The notes under the pieces were generated by a model. The model worked only from the letters and a program-made list of their open reading frames with translations, did no database searches and was not told the origin of the DNA. Shown piece by piece: positions 29,999 through 39,783 of a stretch of 58,928 nt of DNA. Origin of the DNA: a virus. Its lineage: Duplodnaviria > Caudoviricetes. A program made the translations under genes and the position numbers. The stretch lies in the IMG/VR virus record IMGVR_UViG_3300036945_000677, positions 1 through 58,928 of that record; one strand, given 5' to 3'. The stretch's first letter is position 1. Every line of letters begins with the position of its first letter.

Positions 29999-30023
29999 AG
30001 TTAAATTCGTAGTCTTGTAGATG

Positions 30024-32747
30024 TTAGTCTTTCTTCGATTTTGTGTCAAAACGGTTCTTGTTTTCGCGTGCTACCTGGATTTGTTTGTCAGCAATTTCTT
30101 TACGGGTTCTGAGTTCTTCGCGTTTAAGGTTATTGCGTTCACTTTCCATATTCTGCTTAGAGAGGTTCTCTTCACGTTTCAGGTTCATCTGATCCTGGTC
30201 TTTACGTCTGCGGTCCAATACGTCCAAAGAATCTAAATAATCGCTTTGTTGGTTCTGGTTGATATCCTGCATTGCTCCAAAACCAGCAGAACGAATTTCA
30301 GCCTCCTGGAGGTTGTTAACACGATCCAATTGCTTTTGCTCTGCTTCAAAGCGTTGCTTCGATTCCTGACGCTCTGTTTCAGCTTTCTGACGCATTTCCT
30401 CCATTTCCTTCTGAGACGCTTGCGATTGTTGCTGTTGTTGCTCCATTTTACGTTCAACACCTTTAAGAACGGTATTGATCTCCGCCATGCTTTCAGCTTT
30501 AACCAAATTACCCAGGTCATAGATACTTGCACCACTTGTATTATTGGATAACGCCAACTGACGGATCTGCTCCATGATCTGCCTGGTATTTACCTTGGTT
30601 GTACAGAACACGTTAAAATCACGCATAAGTAAATCAGTTCCGTTGATCTGGAAGTTCACACGCTCGTCCATGGTGGTCATGTACTGCAACCTAACACTTG
30701 GACGCTGTGAGTTATAAAACTGTGCAAGGTCCGTACGCATCTGATGCACACGAGGCATTAAGTATTCACTGTGCTGTACAAAGTACATTTCAGTCTGGGA
30801 ATAACTTTGATTAATTGCTTGTTCCACTCCAGTAGCAGACTCTTGTGCATTGACCGCACCCATACGCTGTGGAGAAATACCAATGGTTTCAAACGCCTGT
30901 GACTTGAAATAATTAGCAAGTTGGATACGACTCATCAAACGTTGAGATTGTTCCATGTTTAAAACCTGATAGTGGTTAAACCCTAAAGCGTTCTCTGTGT
31001 TACTGATAGAGGTATCAAGTGGAAGCATGTTGAAATTCTTCATTGCAACATATGCTTTTGCTAAATTGTTCTTACCCCAGTCTTCACCCATTGAATGTTT
31101 AGGAAGTGCATTCTGGTCAAGCATAATCACAGTACCTAATTCGTCGATCAGGATATCAGCAATCTGGTTGTTTACCATGTTGTATCCAATCTGGTAAGGT
31201 TTCATCTTGTCAACCAGGGATACAGATTTACTGTTACGGTCTGTGAATACAGACCCTTCAACCGGCAGTTTACACCCGTACAACGTAAAGTCACCTTTGA
31301 ACTGGAAAGGAATAGGTTTAAGATTGAGGTAAATTGGTTGTACACCGTTTACGTCAGCAGACCCGTAGAAACTTGGACGGTTAGGACCGACCTTAATTCC
31401 ACTCCAGGTCTGGTTGATCCAGATCCATTCAATGTGTTCTCCGTAGATTAACGTTTCAGAATTTTTGTTTTTATTGAGGGTAGTATTGTAAAGCGGTTTG
31501 TCAACAACCTTGTAATCCTCGGTAACTACTTGCTGGATAACCATACCGTCTTCAGAGATCTTAGTTAAATGTCCCACCATGCGCTGACTCTTCCAGTACA
31601 CTGTAGTTACACGAAGCATCTGGTAAGTACCGTAATCAAATAAGTCCTCACTTTGAGTAACGATCTGAGTAATCAAATCATCTCCCATGCTCAGGAAATT
31701 ATCAGTAACACTCATGAACTGACGCATTCCCAAAGAAGGCATATTAGTGTTCCAATCATGCGAGCGCGTAGCGTCGTAGAAAGAACCGTCATTTTGCTGA
31801 CCCAGGATAGGATATGCAGCAGATTTTACAGGATAGATGTGTTCAAGTGCCTGTAGCTGTTCATCGTCCATCATATAACCGTATTTGTCAATGATGTCTG
31901 CTAAGGTTATTAATTCAATTTTACCTACCCAGTTTCCTTGTGATACATAACGTACGTCCGGACTCTTGTGGTAAAACGTCAATACCGGATTCCATAGTTC
32001 GATTTCATAATCGTCTTCCATCATCCTGAAATGCCAGAACTCACGGTCTGCAACTAAGCTGTCTCTGAACCCTGTAGTTTCAAGTTCTTTCATTTTAAAA
32101 CGCTCCTCGTCTACTTTGTGCTGGTGGGTTGCCCACTGCTCATGAAGACTGCGATACGTCTTAGCATAATATTGCTGGATCTCCGGGAGGGATTGTACTT
32201 GTTGCTGCATTTGTTGCTGCACTTCTTCGTTAGACAAATCAGCACCCTGTTCCATTAAAGCTTTAGCAAGTTTGGACTCTGCCTGACTTACCAAATAGTT
32301 CTCAATATCTGCACGTTTCTCTTCTAACATTTCGTTATAAGACAAATCATCAACTGCACGATACAAGATGCGATCAGTACGTTTGGCAAACTCACCGGTC
32401 ATAACATTAACAACATTTGGAATAATAGGATAGAATTTAAGTTCCAATGCTGTTTCGTCTTCCCTGGTTAAAATGTCAACAAGATCAGCTTCTTCATTAT
32501 CTTCAGAAACAATGTAATCGGTCTTGTCAATGATACCGTTTGCAAGCTTGTAGTTTTTTAGCAACCTGCGTGCATTACGACGAAGTTGTTTAAGACCCTG
32601 CAACTCCAACCAGTCAACGTTCCACGCTGCCCACTCGTCGTTTTTTTCTTTCTGCGGTAAAAATTGAACAGGTTGGGTAATGGTACCCATCTTGTTATAT
32701 TCGGATTTTGCACCGTTTTTAAGTTGGAGTGCGTTATAGACTTTCAT
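30024..32747 (-). CDS. Portal protein
   Basis: 907 aa; FYPIIPNVVNVMTGEF, SLVDKMKPYQIGYN and GISPQRMG motifs; long C-terminal coiled coil; next to TerL. Confidence 0.85.
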   Translation of the reverse strand: MKVYNALQLKNGAKSEYNKMGTITQPVQFLPQKEKNDEWAAWNVDWLELQGLKQLRRNARRLLKNYKLANGIIDKTDYIVSEDNEEADLVDILTREDETALELKFYPIIPNVVNVMTGEFAKRTDRILYRAVDDLSYNEMLEEKRADIENYLVSQAESKLAKALMEQGADLSNEEVQQQMQQQVQSLPEIQQYYAKTYRSLHEQWATHQHKVDEERFKMKELETTGFRDSLVADREFWHFRMMEDDYEIELWNPVLTFYHKSPDVRYVSQGNWVGKIELITLADIIDKYGYMMDDEQLQALEHIYPVKSAAYPILGQQNDGSFYDATRSHDWNTNMPSLGMRQFMSVTDNFLSMGDDLITQIVTQSEDLFDYGTYQMLRVTTVYWKSQRMVGHLTKISEDGMVIQQVVTEDYKVVDKPLYNTTLNKNKNSETLIYGEHIEWIWINQTWSGIKVGPNRPSFYGSADVNGVQPIYLNLKPIPFQFKGDFTLYGCKLPVEGSVFTDRNSKSVSLVDKMKPYQIGYNMVNNQIADILIDELGTVIMLDQNALPKHSMGEDWGKNNLAKAYVAMKNFNMLPLDTSISNTENALGFNHYQVLNMEQSQRLMSRIQLANYFKSQAFETIGISPQRMGAVNAQESATGVEQAINQSYSQTEMYFVQHSEYLMPRVHQMRTDLAQFYNSQRPSVRLQYMTTMDERVNFQINGTDLLMRDFNVFCTTKVNTRQIMEQIRQLALSNNTSGASIYDLGNLVKAESMAEINTVLKGVERKMEQQQQQSQASQKEMEEMRQKAETERQESKQRFEAEQKQLDRVNNLQEAEIRSAGFGAMQDINQNQQSDYLDSLDVLDRRRKDQDQMNLKREENLSKQNMESERNNLKREELRTRKEIADKQIQVARENKNRFDTKSKKD

Positions 32748-32758
32748 ATTAGTTCTAA

Positions 32759-33067
32759 TTAAAATTTGGTGTTACTACCTTTCATTAAAGGTATGTCTGA
32801 CGTGTGAGTAATGTCTGCATAAACAAGTGAATGATTAATAGATACAGCACCACCAAGACCAGGTGTAGTACCACTTGATGACATAAATTTTTTGTAAAAA
32901 TCCAGGTCAAGTTTAGATTCAGTAGGTTCTGGTTCAAATGTAACCAATTCAGATTGCATAAGTGACAGTTCATCTCCACTGATGTGTCCTTTGTTAAACA
33001 GTCGTCCCAATATATTGACAATCGTCTCCTTTGGAGACAGGGTTGAGGTTACTTCATTAGGTTCCAT
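32759..33067 (-). CDS. Hypothetical protein between TerL and portal
   Basis: 102-aa ORF whose ATG overlaps the TerL stop. Confidence 0.55.
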   Translation of the reverse strand: MEPNEVTSTLSPKETIVNILGRLFNKGHISGDELSLMQSELVTFEPEPTESKLDLDFYKKFMSSSGTTPGLGGAVSINHSLVYADITHTSDIPLMKGSNTKF

Positions 33068-35283
33068 TATTTATAATTTTTATAAGGACTGCGTGAGACT
33101 TTGTATTTGTCATCGACAACAGTACGTTGACGACCCATATTACGAAAGGGGGTCATATTTAATTTACTCATATTATTTGACATTTGTTTACTTTCTTCGT
33201 TTTCATGTTCAGTTTTTCTTGCAACACCACGATTTGCTTGTTGCACTTTTGCAAATGCAACCAGTGCACAATACGATACTAACCTATCGACGTTCACTCC
33301 TTCACGGTATGCTTGCATCTCTTTTAAAATCATGATGTCAGGAATTCTTTCTACACCGTACCGGATGCTCAGGATGTTTCCCTCTGGGTCTACAGACTCG
33401 TCAATTTTCTCATTAAGAAACTGAATCCCGTATTCAATAAGGTTGGTTTTAAAAATTGTTCCTACGTTACGCCATCCGTAATCCTGGAAGACGTTGGTAT
33501 TACTACCCAGGTCTTTTAAGAATGCAATCTGGTTTTTAGGAACCAGGTATTTTTGTTTGCGCTGCCCAATCATATATTGAATGAATCCGGTAACGTTATT
33601 CTCACAAAGTGTCCAGGCATTGTACCATTCAATGATTTGTTCACAAAACCGGTGGGTATCGTTAATATCATCAAAACGACCACACCAGGAGGCAACTATC
33701 TTATCCTGCTCAATGACATGCTCTACCGTACCATCCATTTTATGGGTAGTAACTTCAAGTGGGTTTTTATAAATAATCAGTGAGCACAATGATTTTGACG
33801 TAGTAGTTTTACCGTCACGCACTGGATCCATAGAAGCATAGTACGTCCCCCATGGTGCATCCTTTACAGGACGTTCCCATACGACAAGACATCCTTCTTT
33901 ATCTACGGCCGTAGTGGACAATGGAAATTCGCTGATAGGTAGTTTGCGTGTTTCCTTTGCATCAATCTTTCCTTTTTCGTTACGTTCTAATTTAAGATGC
34001 TCGTAAAAGTATTCTTTCTCTTCAATGCGTCTAATTTGCTGAGTAACAAGATGTTGAGGGAACTTACTTTCTTTACGGTAAGCAAATGCTTCTTCAATGT
34101 TGGTAGGTTTTTGAGAAATACGAAGCTGGTAATCATCAGGTTTCATGTCCTTTTTCCACTGAGCACGTTCTTCCATGATCATTTTTAATGCTTCCTCCAC
34201 CAGGGAGTTTCCGTATTTATCAATACAAGGAAGCATGCTCCATTGCTCTGGAATAAACAATCCGCATTCTTTGATTGTTCCTTTGCTGTCAACCAGGTTG
34301 GTTTCTACTTTGAGAACGTCTTTAGCGTCAGGATTGAATATCATTTCTTTGAGCGGTTCACATTGCTCCAAGTCACCGACAGATCCTGCTGCTATGAACA
34401 TTCCGGTATAGATCATTCCGGATTTAAGTGCTGGCAACAAGTACTCAATAGTTTCATTCATCTTGGGAGCAATACCTGCTTCCTCGTGAAAAAAGAAACG
34501 ACAAGGACCACCGACACCATTGGTTGGATCTTTATCTAACGATAGACCTATCAAGACGGATTTTAAACCACGGTCCGTTTTACGACCCCCCGTGTTTACT
34601 TCGACTTTCTGTTCCCAGTTCAATACTTTATCCGGGTTACAAGGACGATACCACGCTGTATGCTCGTTCAGGAAATTTCGGTATTCTTCCAGAAAACGCC
34701 AGGTTCCTTTCTCATTGACATAATCTTTGAGTGACCCTGCCATTTTATTCATAGCACCTTCTTCAAACCAGAAGAGGTTTATCATCTTACCGGCATGATA
34801 GTACGAAGACGCAATCTGACGTTTCTTTAAAATGGCACCATGACGGTAACTCCACTCAGCAATTGCTTCGTAAAGACTCATGTGATACTGCGCGTCACGC
34901 ACGTCAGCAAACGTAAACCTTGCAACCTCTTTGTTATAGATCGGCAGGAAGTTCAACCACATGTAATAGTCACGGTTCAAAAACCATGTCTGTCCCTTGG
35001 TTCCGTAAAAGATTACACCTTTACGGCATTTCTGTTTCTGGTCGTCCCAATAGTCAACGTAGTCTTTAGTACGCACCGGAGCACGGCAGTAAATTCCTTC
35101 TTTACGGAACTTACGACTTTCTTCGTTAAATATTAAAGAGGTTTCATCAAATTCATACTTACCTGGTTCCTTCCAGATTGACCAGAGAAACGCTACAAAG
35201 TCTGCACGTGAAGAAAAGCTGGTTGTGGACCAGGTTGCAGTCTTTGCATCATAGGTAGGAATGTCTTCTAAAAATTCACTCAT
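33067..35283 (-). CDS. terL: Terminase large subunit
   Basis: LKKRQIASSY Walker A variant, FFHEEAG Walker B, ASMDP RNase H-like motif, NVDRLVS. Confidence 0.9.
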   Translation of the reverse strand: MSEFLEDIPTYDAKTATWSTTSFSSRADFVAFLWSIWKEPGKYEFDETSLIFNEESRKFRKEGIYCRAPVRTKDYVDYWDDQKQKCRKGVIFYGTKGQTWFLNRDYYMWLNFLPIYNKEVARFTFADVRDAQYHMSLYEAIAEWSYRHGAILKKRQIASSYYHAGKMINLFWFEEGAMNKMAGSLKDYVNEKGTWRFLEEYRNFLNEHTAWYRPCNPDKVLNWEQKVEVNTGGRKTDRGLKSVLIGLSLDKDPTNGVGGPCRFFFHEEAGIAPKMNETIEYLLPALKSGMIYTGMFIAAGSVGDLEQCEPLKEMIFNPDAKDVLKVETNLVDSKGTIKECGLFIPEQWSMLPCIDKYGNSLVEEALKMIMEERAQWKKDMKPDDYQLRISQKPTNIEEAFAYRKESKFPQHLVTQQIRRIEEKEYFYEHLKLERNEKGKIDAKETRKLPISEFPLSTTAVDKEGCLVVWERPVKDAPWGTYYASMDPVRDGKTTTSKSLCSLIIYKNPLEVTTHKMDGTVEHVIEQDKIVASWCGRFDDINDTHRFCEQIIEWYNAWTLCENNVTGFIQYMIGQRKQKYLVPKNQIAFLKDLGSNTNVFQDYGWRNVGTIFKTNLIEYGIQFLNEKIDESVDPEGNILSIRYGVERIPDIMILKEMQAYREGVNVDRLVSYCALVAFAKVQQANRGVARKTEHENEESKQMSNNMSKLNMTPFRNMGRQRTVVDDKYKVSRSPYKNYK

Positions 35284-35537
35284 GGGAGTTCAGCAACAAT
35301 TTGTGGTATTTGTTTTTCAAGGGTACGATATAATCGTACAGTGATACCGTATCCTGCAAGTGCATAGAAATCAATAATCAATTGTAAAATTTGTTTGGTA
35401 GTGAGTGTTTTCATCTCCTGGAAATGGATCCTCAATTGCTGCGATTTTGCGTTAAACAACACTTCCTGAAAGGTTGCATCGTTAATGAATTGCATTTCGC
35501 TTATGAATTCTGGTTGTTCAGGTACTACGGTTTTCAT
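35280..35537 (-). CDS. Hypothetical protein
   Basis: 85-aa ORF overlapping the terL start. Confidence 0.5.
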   Translation of the reverse strand: MKTVVPEQPEFISEMQFINDATFQEVLFNAKSQQLRIHFQEMKTLTTKQILQLIIDFYALAGYGITVRLYRTLEKQIPQIVAELP

Positions 35538-35739
35538 CTATCTCAGCGAGTTTAGTTTTGTCTCCGTCTGTTTGACGGATAATCTCCAGGAGGGTAGGAA
35601 TCTTTGAACTTTTAATAATTGCGTATTTTGATTCTGTTCCGTTCCAGTAAGCATCTTGGTCTTCGCGATGAAACGCAAACCATACATTCATGTAAGAATT
35701 GTAGTGGAATAACCAATGGTATAAATAGTTTTCTGACAT
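35518..35739 (-). CDS. Hypothetical protein
   Basis: Likely start MSENYLYHWLFHYN, right after the upstream stop. Confidence 0.6.
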   Translation of the reverse strand: MSENYLYHWLFHYNSYMNVWFAFHREDQDAYWNGTESKYAIIKSSKIPTLLEIIRQTDGDKTKLAEIDENRST

Positions 35740-35740
35740 A

Positions 35741-36253
35741 TTATTGATCATAAGCTAGTGAAGCACCCCCACGGGTGTGACCTTTTTGTTCTTCTTGTAA
35801 ATCTTTATAAGCACCTTTAAAAGATGCACGTATCTGCTCAAACTTTGCAGCAGCATTTACCATTGAGTTAATGTTACCGTCACGACCATGTTCAATAGGG
35901 GTTTTTTCCATATAGGTTGCTAATCTGTCCAGCATGGTTTTAATACCCATGTATGCACGCATAGTAGGGGTCTCATATAATTTTTTACAAAACGCCAGTG
36001 CTTTAATGATTTCTAAATCTTCTACAGAAAAATCTGCATCGATTTCACGCAGAATGATTACTTCTTTGTCCTGTTCTGGTAAATCAAAAAATGGGTTAAT
36101 TTCCGGAGAAGGACACGCCATGTAAAACAAATACGCATAGACCTTCATAAACTCATCCGGGTAATGCTTCATAATTCCATGAAGCGTTGGTAAAGTGTAA
36201 CAATGTTCTGTTGGTACCACTTTTGAATTCTGAACATCAAAAAGTCTTATCAT
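35741..36253 (-). CDS. Conserved crAss protein, possible terminase small subunit
   Basis: 170 aa, helical; lies between the nuclease and terL. Confidence 0.5.
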   Translation of the reverse strand: MIRLFDVQNSKVVPTEHCYTLPTLHGIMKHYPDEFMKVYAYLFYMACPSPEINPFFDLPEQDKEVIILREIDADFSVEDLEIIKALAFCKKLYETPTMRAYMGIKTMLDRLATYMEKTPIEHGRDGNINSMVNAAAKFEQIRASFKGAYKDLQEEQKGHTRGGASLAYDQ

Positions 36254-37089
36254 TTGCGTTTGTAAAATTTAGTAGGATTATCCTGAACCATGTGCATAAT
36301 TGCAATCACTTCGTCACGCAAATACGGCATGTGGTATTCTTTAATGTCTTTCACAATAGGTTTACCGTTTTCGTCCTGGAGTGTAATAGGAAATCCGTAG
36401 ATGTCTTTTTGGTCTTTCTCTTCAAAGCTGATGTGGTGGATCACAATATCCCCAAACTCTAGTTTAGGGTTATGTTTAAGGATCATGTACATGTAAATTG
36501 ACAACTGCAAATTGTAATGGTTGTAATTACAGTCATCCAGGTGGGATACCGGTGCTAGCATTTTCTCGCTGATACCTTCCCAGTTTTTAAAACTTTGACG
36601 TTTGATTTCCTTATTAGTCTTATAGTCAGTTATATACACTTTACCGTTTACCACTTCTACCAAATCACTTTGACCACACACGCCTGCGGAACGCAAGTAC
36701 ACCATGTGTTCCGGATAGATACCGTCACCAAGTTTTTGAGAGGATGCCATCTTGCGACCCTGCTCATCGTATATAGGGGGGATAACAGGTAATTCTTTAC
36801 CTTTTTGTACAATTGTTTTAAAACTTAACAGTTCCTGTTCACGCTGATTATGGTAGTAAGTTCCAAGATCACATGCACGGTCTGCTTCTGCTTTCCATGC
36901 TTTCTGAATATCTTCAACAGACATTCCAAACCATTTACCTTTTGCATTCTTTGCGCTTTTAGTTGCAATGCTTTTACCGTCAAACGGTTTCTTGAAGTTG
37001 GATAATAAGGTGGTTACACTGATCCAGTTAATATCCGTTTCCGGCGATATGTAACTGTGGGTTTCGGGTTCAAATATTAAAACGTCCAT
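36250..37089 (-). CDS. PD-(D/E)XK nuclease
   Basis: SVTTLL, GTYYH, CGQSDLV...ITDYKTN and YNLQLSIY motifs. Confidence 0.85.
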   Translation of the reverse strand: MDVLIFEPETHSYISPETDINWISVTTLLSNFKKPFDGKSIATKSAKNAKGKWFGMSVEDIQKAWKAEADRACDLGTYYHNQREQELLSFKTIVQKGKELPVIPPIYDEQGRKMASSQKLGDGIYPEHMVYLRSAGVCGQSDLVEVVNGKVYITDYKTNKEIKRQSFKNWEGISEKMLAPVSHLDDCNYNHYNLQLSIYMYMILKHNPKLEFGDIVIHHISFEEKDQKDIYGFPITLQDENGKPIVKDIKEYHMPYLRDEVIAIMHMVQDNPTKFYKRK

Positions 37090-37102
37090 AGGGTTGGATT
37101 AG

Positions 37103-37173
37103 TTGTCCCGAGAGGATTCGAACCTCTACGCTCTGAGTCAAAGTCAGATGAACTGCCATTATTCTACAGGACA
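37103..37173 (-). tRNA. tRNA-Gln(TTG)
   Basis: Cloverleaf TGTCCTG/CGGGACA; TCTGA-CT TTG AC-TCAGA; GTTCGAATC; CCA not encoded. Confidence 0.9.
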
Positions 37174-37179
37174 ATGTAG

Positions 37180-37250
37180 TAGCGCAGAAGGGAGTCGAAC
37201 CCCTAGTCCAGGATCATGAGTCCTGTGTGTTACCGTTACACTACCGCGCA
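37180..37250 (-). tRNA. tRNA-Met(CAT) with unpaired 1:72
   Basis: TGCGCGG/CTGCGCT acceptor; CAGGA-CT CAT GA-TCCTG; GTTCGACTC. Confidence 0.85.
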
Positions 37251-37284
37251 ATGTATCCCGGATCACTGCTCCGGGAAGGCAGGG

Positions 37285-37578
37285 TTATTCTAAATCAATT
37301 TTTTTACCAACGAACTTGAAGTACGCAGCAAAAGCTGTTGGAGTAAATACTTCCAGTTCTCCGTTTTTATTAATTACAATCCAATCACCGTTTGTTACAG
37401 TTTCAATACCTGTTAGCGTAGGAACGTCATATTCAAAGTGACTACCTACAATACGATATTGAAAATCATGATTGCTTGTGCACAACAAATGATTAGTAAG
37501 GGTCGCATTGTTTCCTGTAAACTGATGAGCTACCAGGTGTTTTCGAGAACCCGCACGGGTGAAGAGATCGTAAAACAT
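37285..37578 (-). CDS. Hypothetical protein
   Basis: 97 aa; TLTG...GDWIVINKNGELEVFTPTAF pattern seen in small phage proteins. Confidence 0.6.
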   Translation of the reverse strand: MFYDLFTRAGSRKHLVAHQFTGNNATLTNHLLCTSNHDFQYRIVGSHFEYDVPTLTGIETVTNGDWIVINKNGELEVFTPTAFAAYFKFVGKKIDLE

Positions 37579-37590
37579 GTTAGTTAATAA

Positions 37591-37908
37591 TTACCAAATG
37601 ATTGCTACATCACGCTCTCCTAAAAGGAGTTTTACTTGACCGTCAATCATGACTTTGTCACCACTGACTGCAATTCCAGGAGGAACGTATACGTTATCGC
37701 CTTTCTTTACTTTGGTAACATCTTCGCCGGTAGCAAAAACTTCCAATGATTTAAGTGACATCACAAATTCCATGTGACGTGCTTGTTTTCCTTCTTCAGT
37801 TAATTCGATAACTGACTCTGGTGCTGCTGGTACAGATAACAAGATTCTGCTACCCAGTACTTGAAATTCTGTTTCTTTTTGTGTTGTTTGTGTTGTTTCT
37901 GTTGTCAT
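37591..37908 (-). CDS. GroES-like co-chaperonin
   Basis: VLGSRILL...VFATGEDVTKVKKGDNVYV...LLGERDVAII. Confidence 0.7.
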   Translation of the reverse strand: MTTETTQTTQKETEFQVLGSRILLSVPAAPESVIELTEEGKQARHMEFVMSLKSLEVFATGEDVTKVKKGDNVYVPPGIAVSGDKVMIDGQVKLLLGERDVAIIW

Positions 37909-37933
37909 AATATTGGTTTTTTAATAATGTTTG

Positions 37934-38294
37934 TGGAGATGGGCGGTATCGAACCGCCGTCCAATAAAGCAGCAGATATGTACAGTTATTTACATGCTTA
38001 GTACTTGAAATCACAAATTGTGATATCATGCACCGTAAGGGTTGACCGAAGTCAGATTCCACCACCTGGTTTTGACATCACCAGGAAAACGCTTGTCATT
38101 TTGGGTCAGGGATGACTCCCTGTGACTTAGGCTGCCATTTCGTATTCGTTCACGAATTCGATAGCTTTTTCAAAAGTCATTTCAGATAATTGTACGTTGC
38201 CGTTTAAATTTTTAATACGTGATTAAAGAGAACAGTATCATCTCTCTGCATGTGTACATGTCCCCGACAATACTGTCGAATCCATTTCATCCCC
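37934..38294 (-). ncRNA. ssrA: tmRNA
   Basis: 5' GGGGATGAAATGGATTCGAC; 3' GGCGGTTCGATACCGCC-CATCTCC-A with a G3:U pair; TAAAC then a tag ORF at 38201-38127 ending MAA*. Confidence 0.92.
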
Positions 38295-38322
38295 ATAAAT
38301 CAAAGAACGTGTTTGCTGATTT

Positions 38323-38631
38323 TTACAAATCCAGCTTTTTGTTAATCATATCTTCCTCTTCCTGGGTCACTTCAGCTTTCCATTTACCTATAGGACACTC
38401 ACTAGCGAGAGCACGTGTCTTCCAGGCAAGCTTGCAACCACACTTGGAACAGCAAGGTTGTGTTCCGGGAACCAGACAGGTACTTCCTTTGCGGTCAAGA
38501 TGTTCACAACCATTACAAGCAAACATGCGTTTGTCAGCAATGATCTCCACATCCTGGCGACTAAAAATAGAATTGGTGATCCCCTCAAGGATGTTACCTT
38601 TTTCTTTCCAGATAGTTATCAATGATTTCAT
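38323..38631 (-). CDS. Cys-rich zinc-binding protein
   Basis: CNGC...CCSKCGC...CPIGKW. Confidence 0.7.
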   Translation of the reverse strand: MKSLITIWKEKGNILEGITNSIFSRQDVEIIADKRMFACNGCEHLDRKGSTCLVPGTQPCCSKCGCKLAWKTRALASECPIGKWKAEVTQEEEDMINKKLDL

Positions 38632-38996
38632 AGTTTCTTTGTTTCTTTAAATACTTTCTTTTGGTAAGATTCTTCGGTTAACTTCTCCTGGAGGAGAAGA
38701 AGATTTTCCAGGTCTTTTTCACGGTCTTTCATAATAGCGTAACTAGTGGTGCTTCCGGAAAGGGGTAACAGATAATCCAGATATTTGCTAACATCTTTTA
38801 CCTTGCGGTCAACACTCCATGGTTTTGCTGTAAATGTTCCCAGATTGGGAAGCATTATCCTGGGATGTTCAATAGAACTCATTTTCTCCCGGACATACCC
38901 CCAGTAACTCTGAAGGATCTTTTCAGACAACTCCTTGGATAGACCATGCTTGTGAGCAATAGGAGAGATGACATCTTTTACCCTGGTCGGTTTCAT
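38628..38996 (-). CDS. HU/IHF-like DNA-binding protein
   Basis: IAHKHGLSK...RIMLPNLGTF signature. Confidence 0.7.
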   Translation of the reverse strand: MKPTRVKDVISPIAHKHGLSKELSEKILQSYWGYVREKMSSIEHPRIMLPNLGTFTAKPWSVDRKVKDVSKYLDYLLPLSGSTTSYAIMKDREKDLENLLLLQEKLTEESYQKKVFKETKKL

Positions 38997-39382
38997 TATT
39001 CTGCTATGCTTAAGAACTGATAATCTAATAGTACGTTTCCTGCATCCATACGGATAAGTTCCGGTGCTACCATTACTTGTTTTTTACCATTTTTATGTTT
39101 CACCAAAAACCCTCTTTTCTCTAACTTTACAATACGGTTACGTACGTTTTGAGAACGCTTGGGTAGATCATAAGGATCAACATGCGGATAGGCATGCAAT
39201 GCCGCTTTTTCACAGAACACTGGTAAATCCATCGGACCCCACAATGCAAGAAGTGTTAAGAACTCAAGATCACTGGGGATCAAATGCTCTTTACGCTGGA
39301 ATGCAATCTCCACGAGCAACTGGCAGCGCAACATGTCAAAACGTGTTACACGCAGTTTCTTGGTGATTTTATTTACTTGCAT
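38996..39382 (-). CDS. Winged-helix DNA-binding protein
   Basis: SQNVRNRIVKLEKRGFLVK. Confidence 0.6.
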   Translation of the reverse strand: MQVNKITKKLRVTRFDMLRCQLLVEIAFQRKEHLIPSDLEFLTLLALWGPMDLPVFCEKAALHAYPHVDPYDLPKRSQNVRNRIVKLEKRGFLVKHKNGKKQVMVAPELIRMDAGNVLLDYQFLSIAE

Positions 39383-39453
39383 TGTGGTCGTTGGTTTTCT
39401 TGTCGGATGGATAGGTCAGCATACTGCATTACACAGGATGTAACCATAAGGTG

Positions 39454-39702
39454 TTAGTCTTCTGACCCAGCTGTATCAGAAGCGTCTTGTGGACTTTGTG
39501 CTTTAGGAGGATTGGTATAGTACGCTGTTTTAGCAATTGCTTCAATGCGTTCTGCGTCAGCTTGCGCGATCTCTTTACGAAGAGTCACGTACTCTAATTG
39601 CAACTTTAACAGTGACAATTGTTCGGTGTAGAACTGTTTCATTGATTCTAATGAAATTTTTTCAGTTTCTTGTTGGGTTGTTTGGTTGGTTTGAGTTGGC
39701 AT
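39454..39702 (-). CDS. Hypothetical coiled-coil protein
   Basis: 82 aa; first gene of the leftward operon. Confidence 0.6.
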   Translation of the reverse strand: MPTQTNQTTQQETEKISLESMKQFYTEQLSLLKLQLEYVTLRKEIAQADAERIEAIAKTAYYTNPPKAQSPQDASDTAGSED

Positions 39703-39783
39703 ATTGTAGACCTTTCTATTACAAATCTACAAAAAAAGTTTAAACTCTACAAATTTAACCTTAAAGTTCTTTAAATTTGTAAC
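39703..39783. promoter_or_regulatory. Divergent promoter region at the strand switch
   Basis: Minus strand GTAGATTTGTAATAG (39730-39716) and plus strand TAAATTTG (39772-39779); both contain the Bacteroidota -7 consensus TAnnTTTG. Confidence 0.6.

Noticed and set aside
33067-35283. Intein or intron in the terminase
   Set aside because: The ORF is continuous, of ordinary length, and has no intein motifs.
37850-38650. ORFs 37850-38065 (-) and 38219-38650 (+)
   Set aside because: They overlap the tmRNA or are antisense to a real gene.
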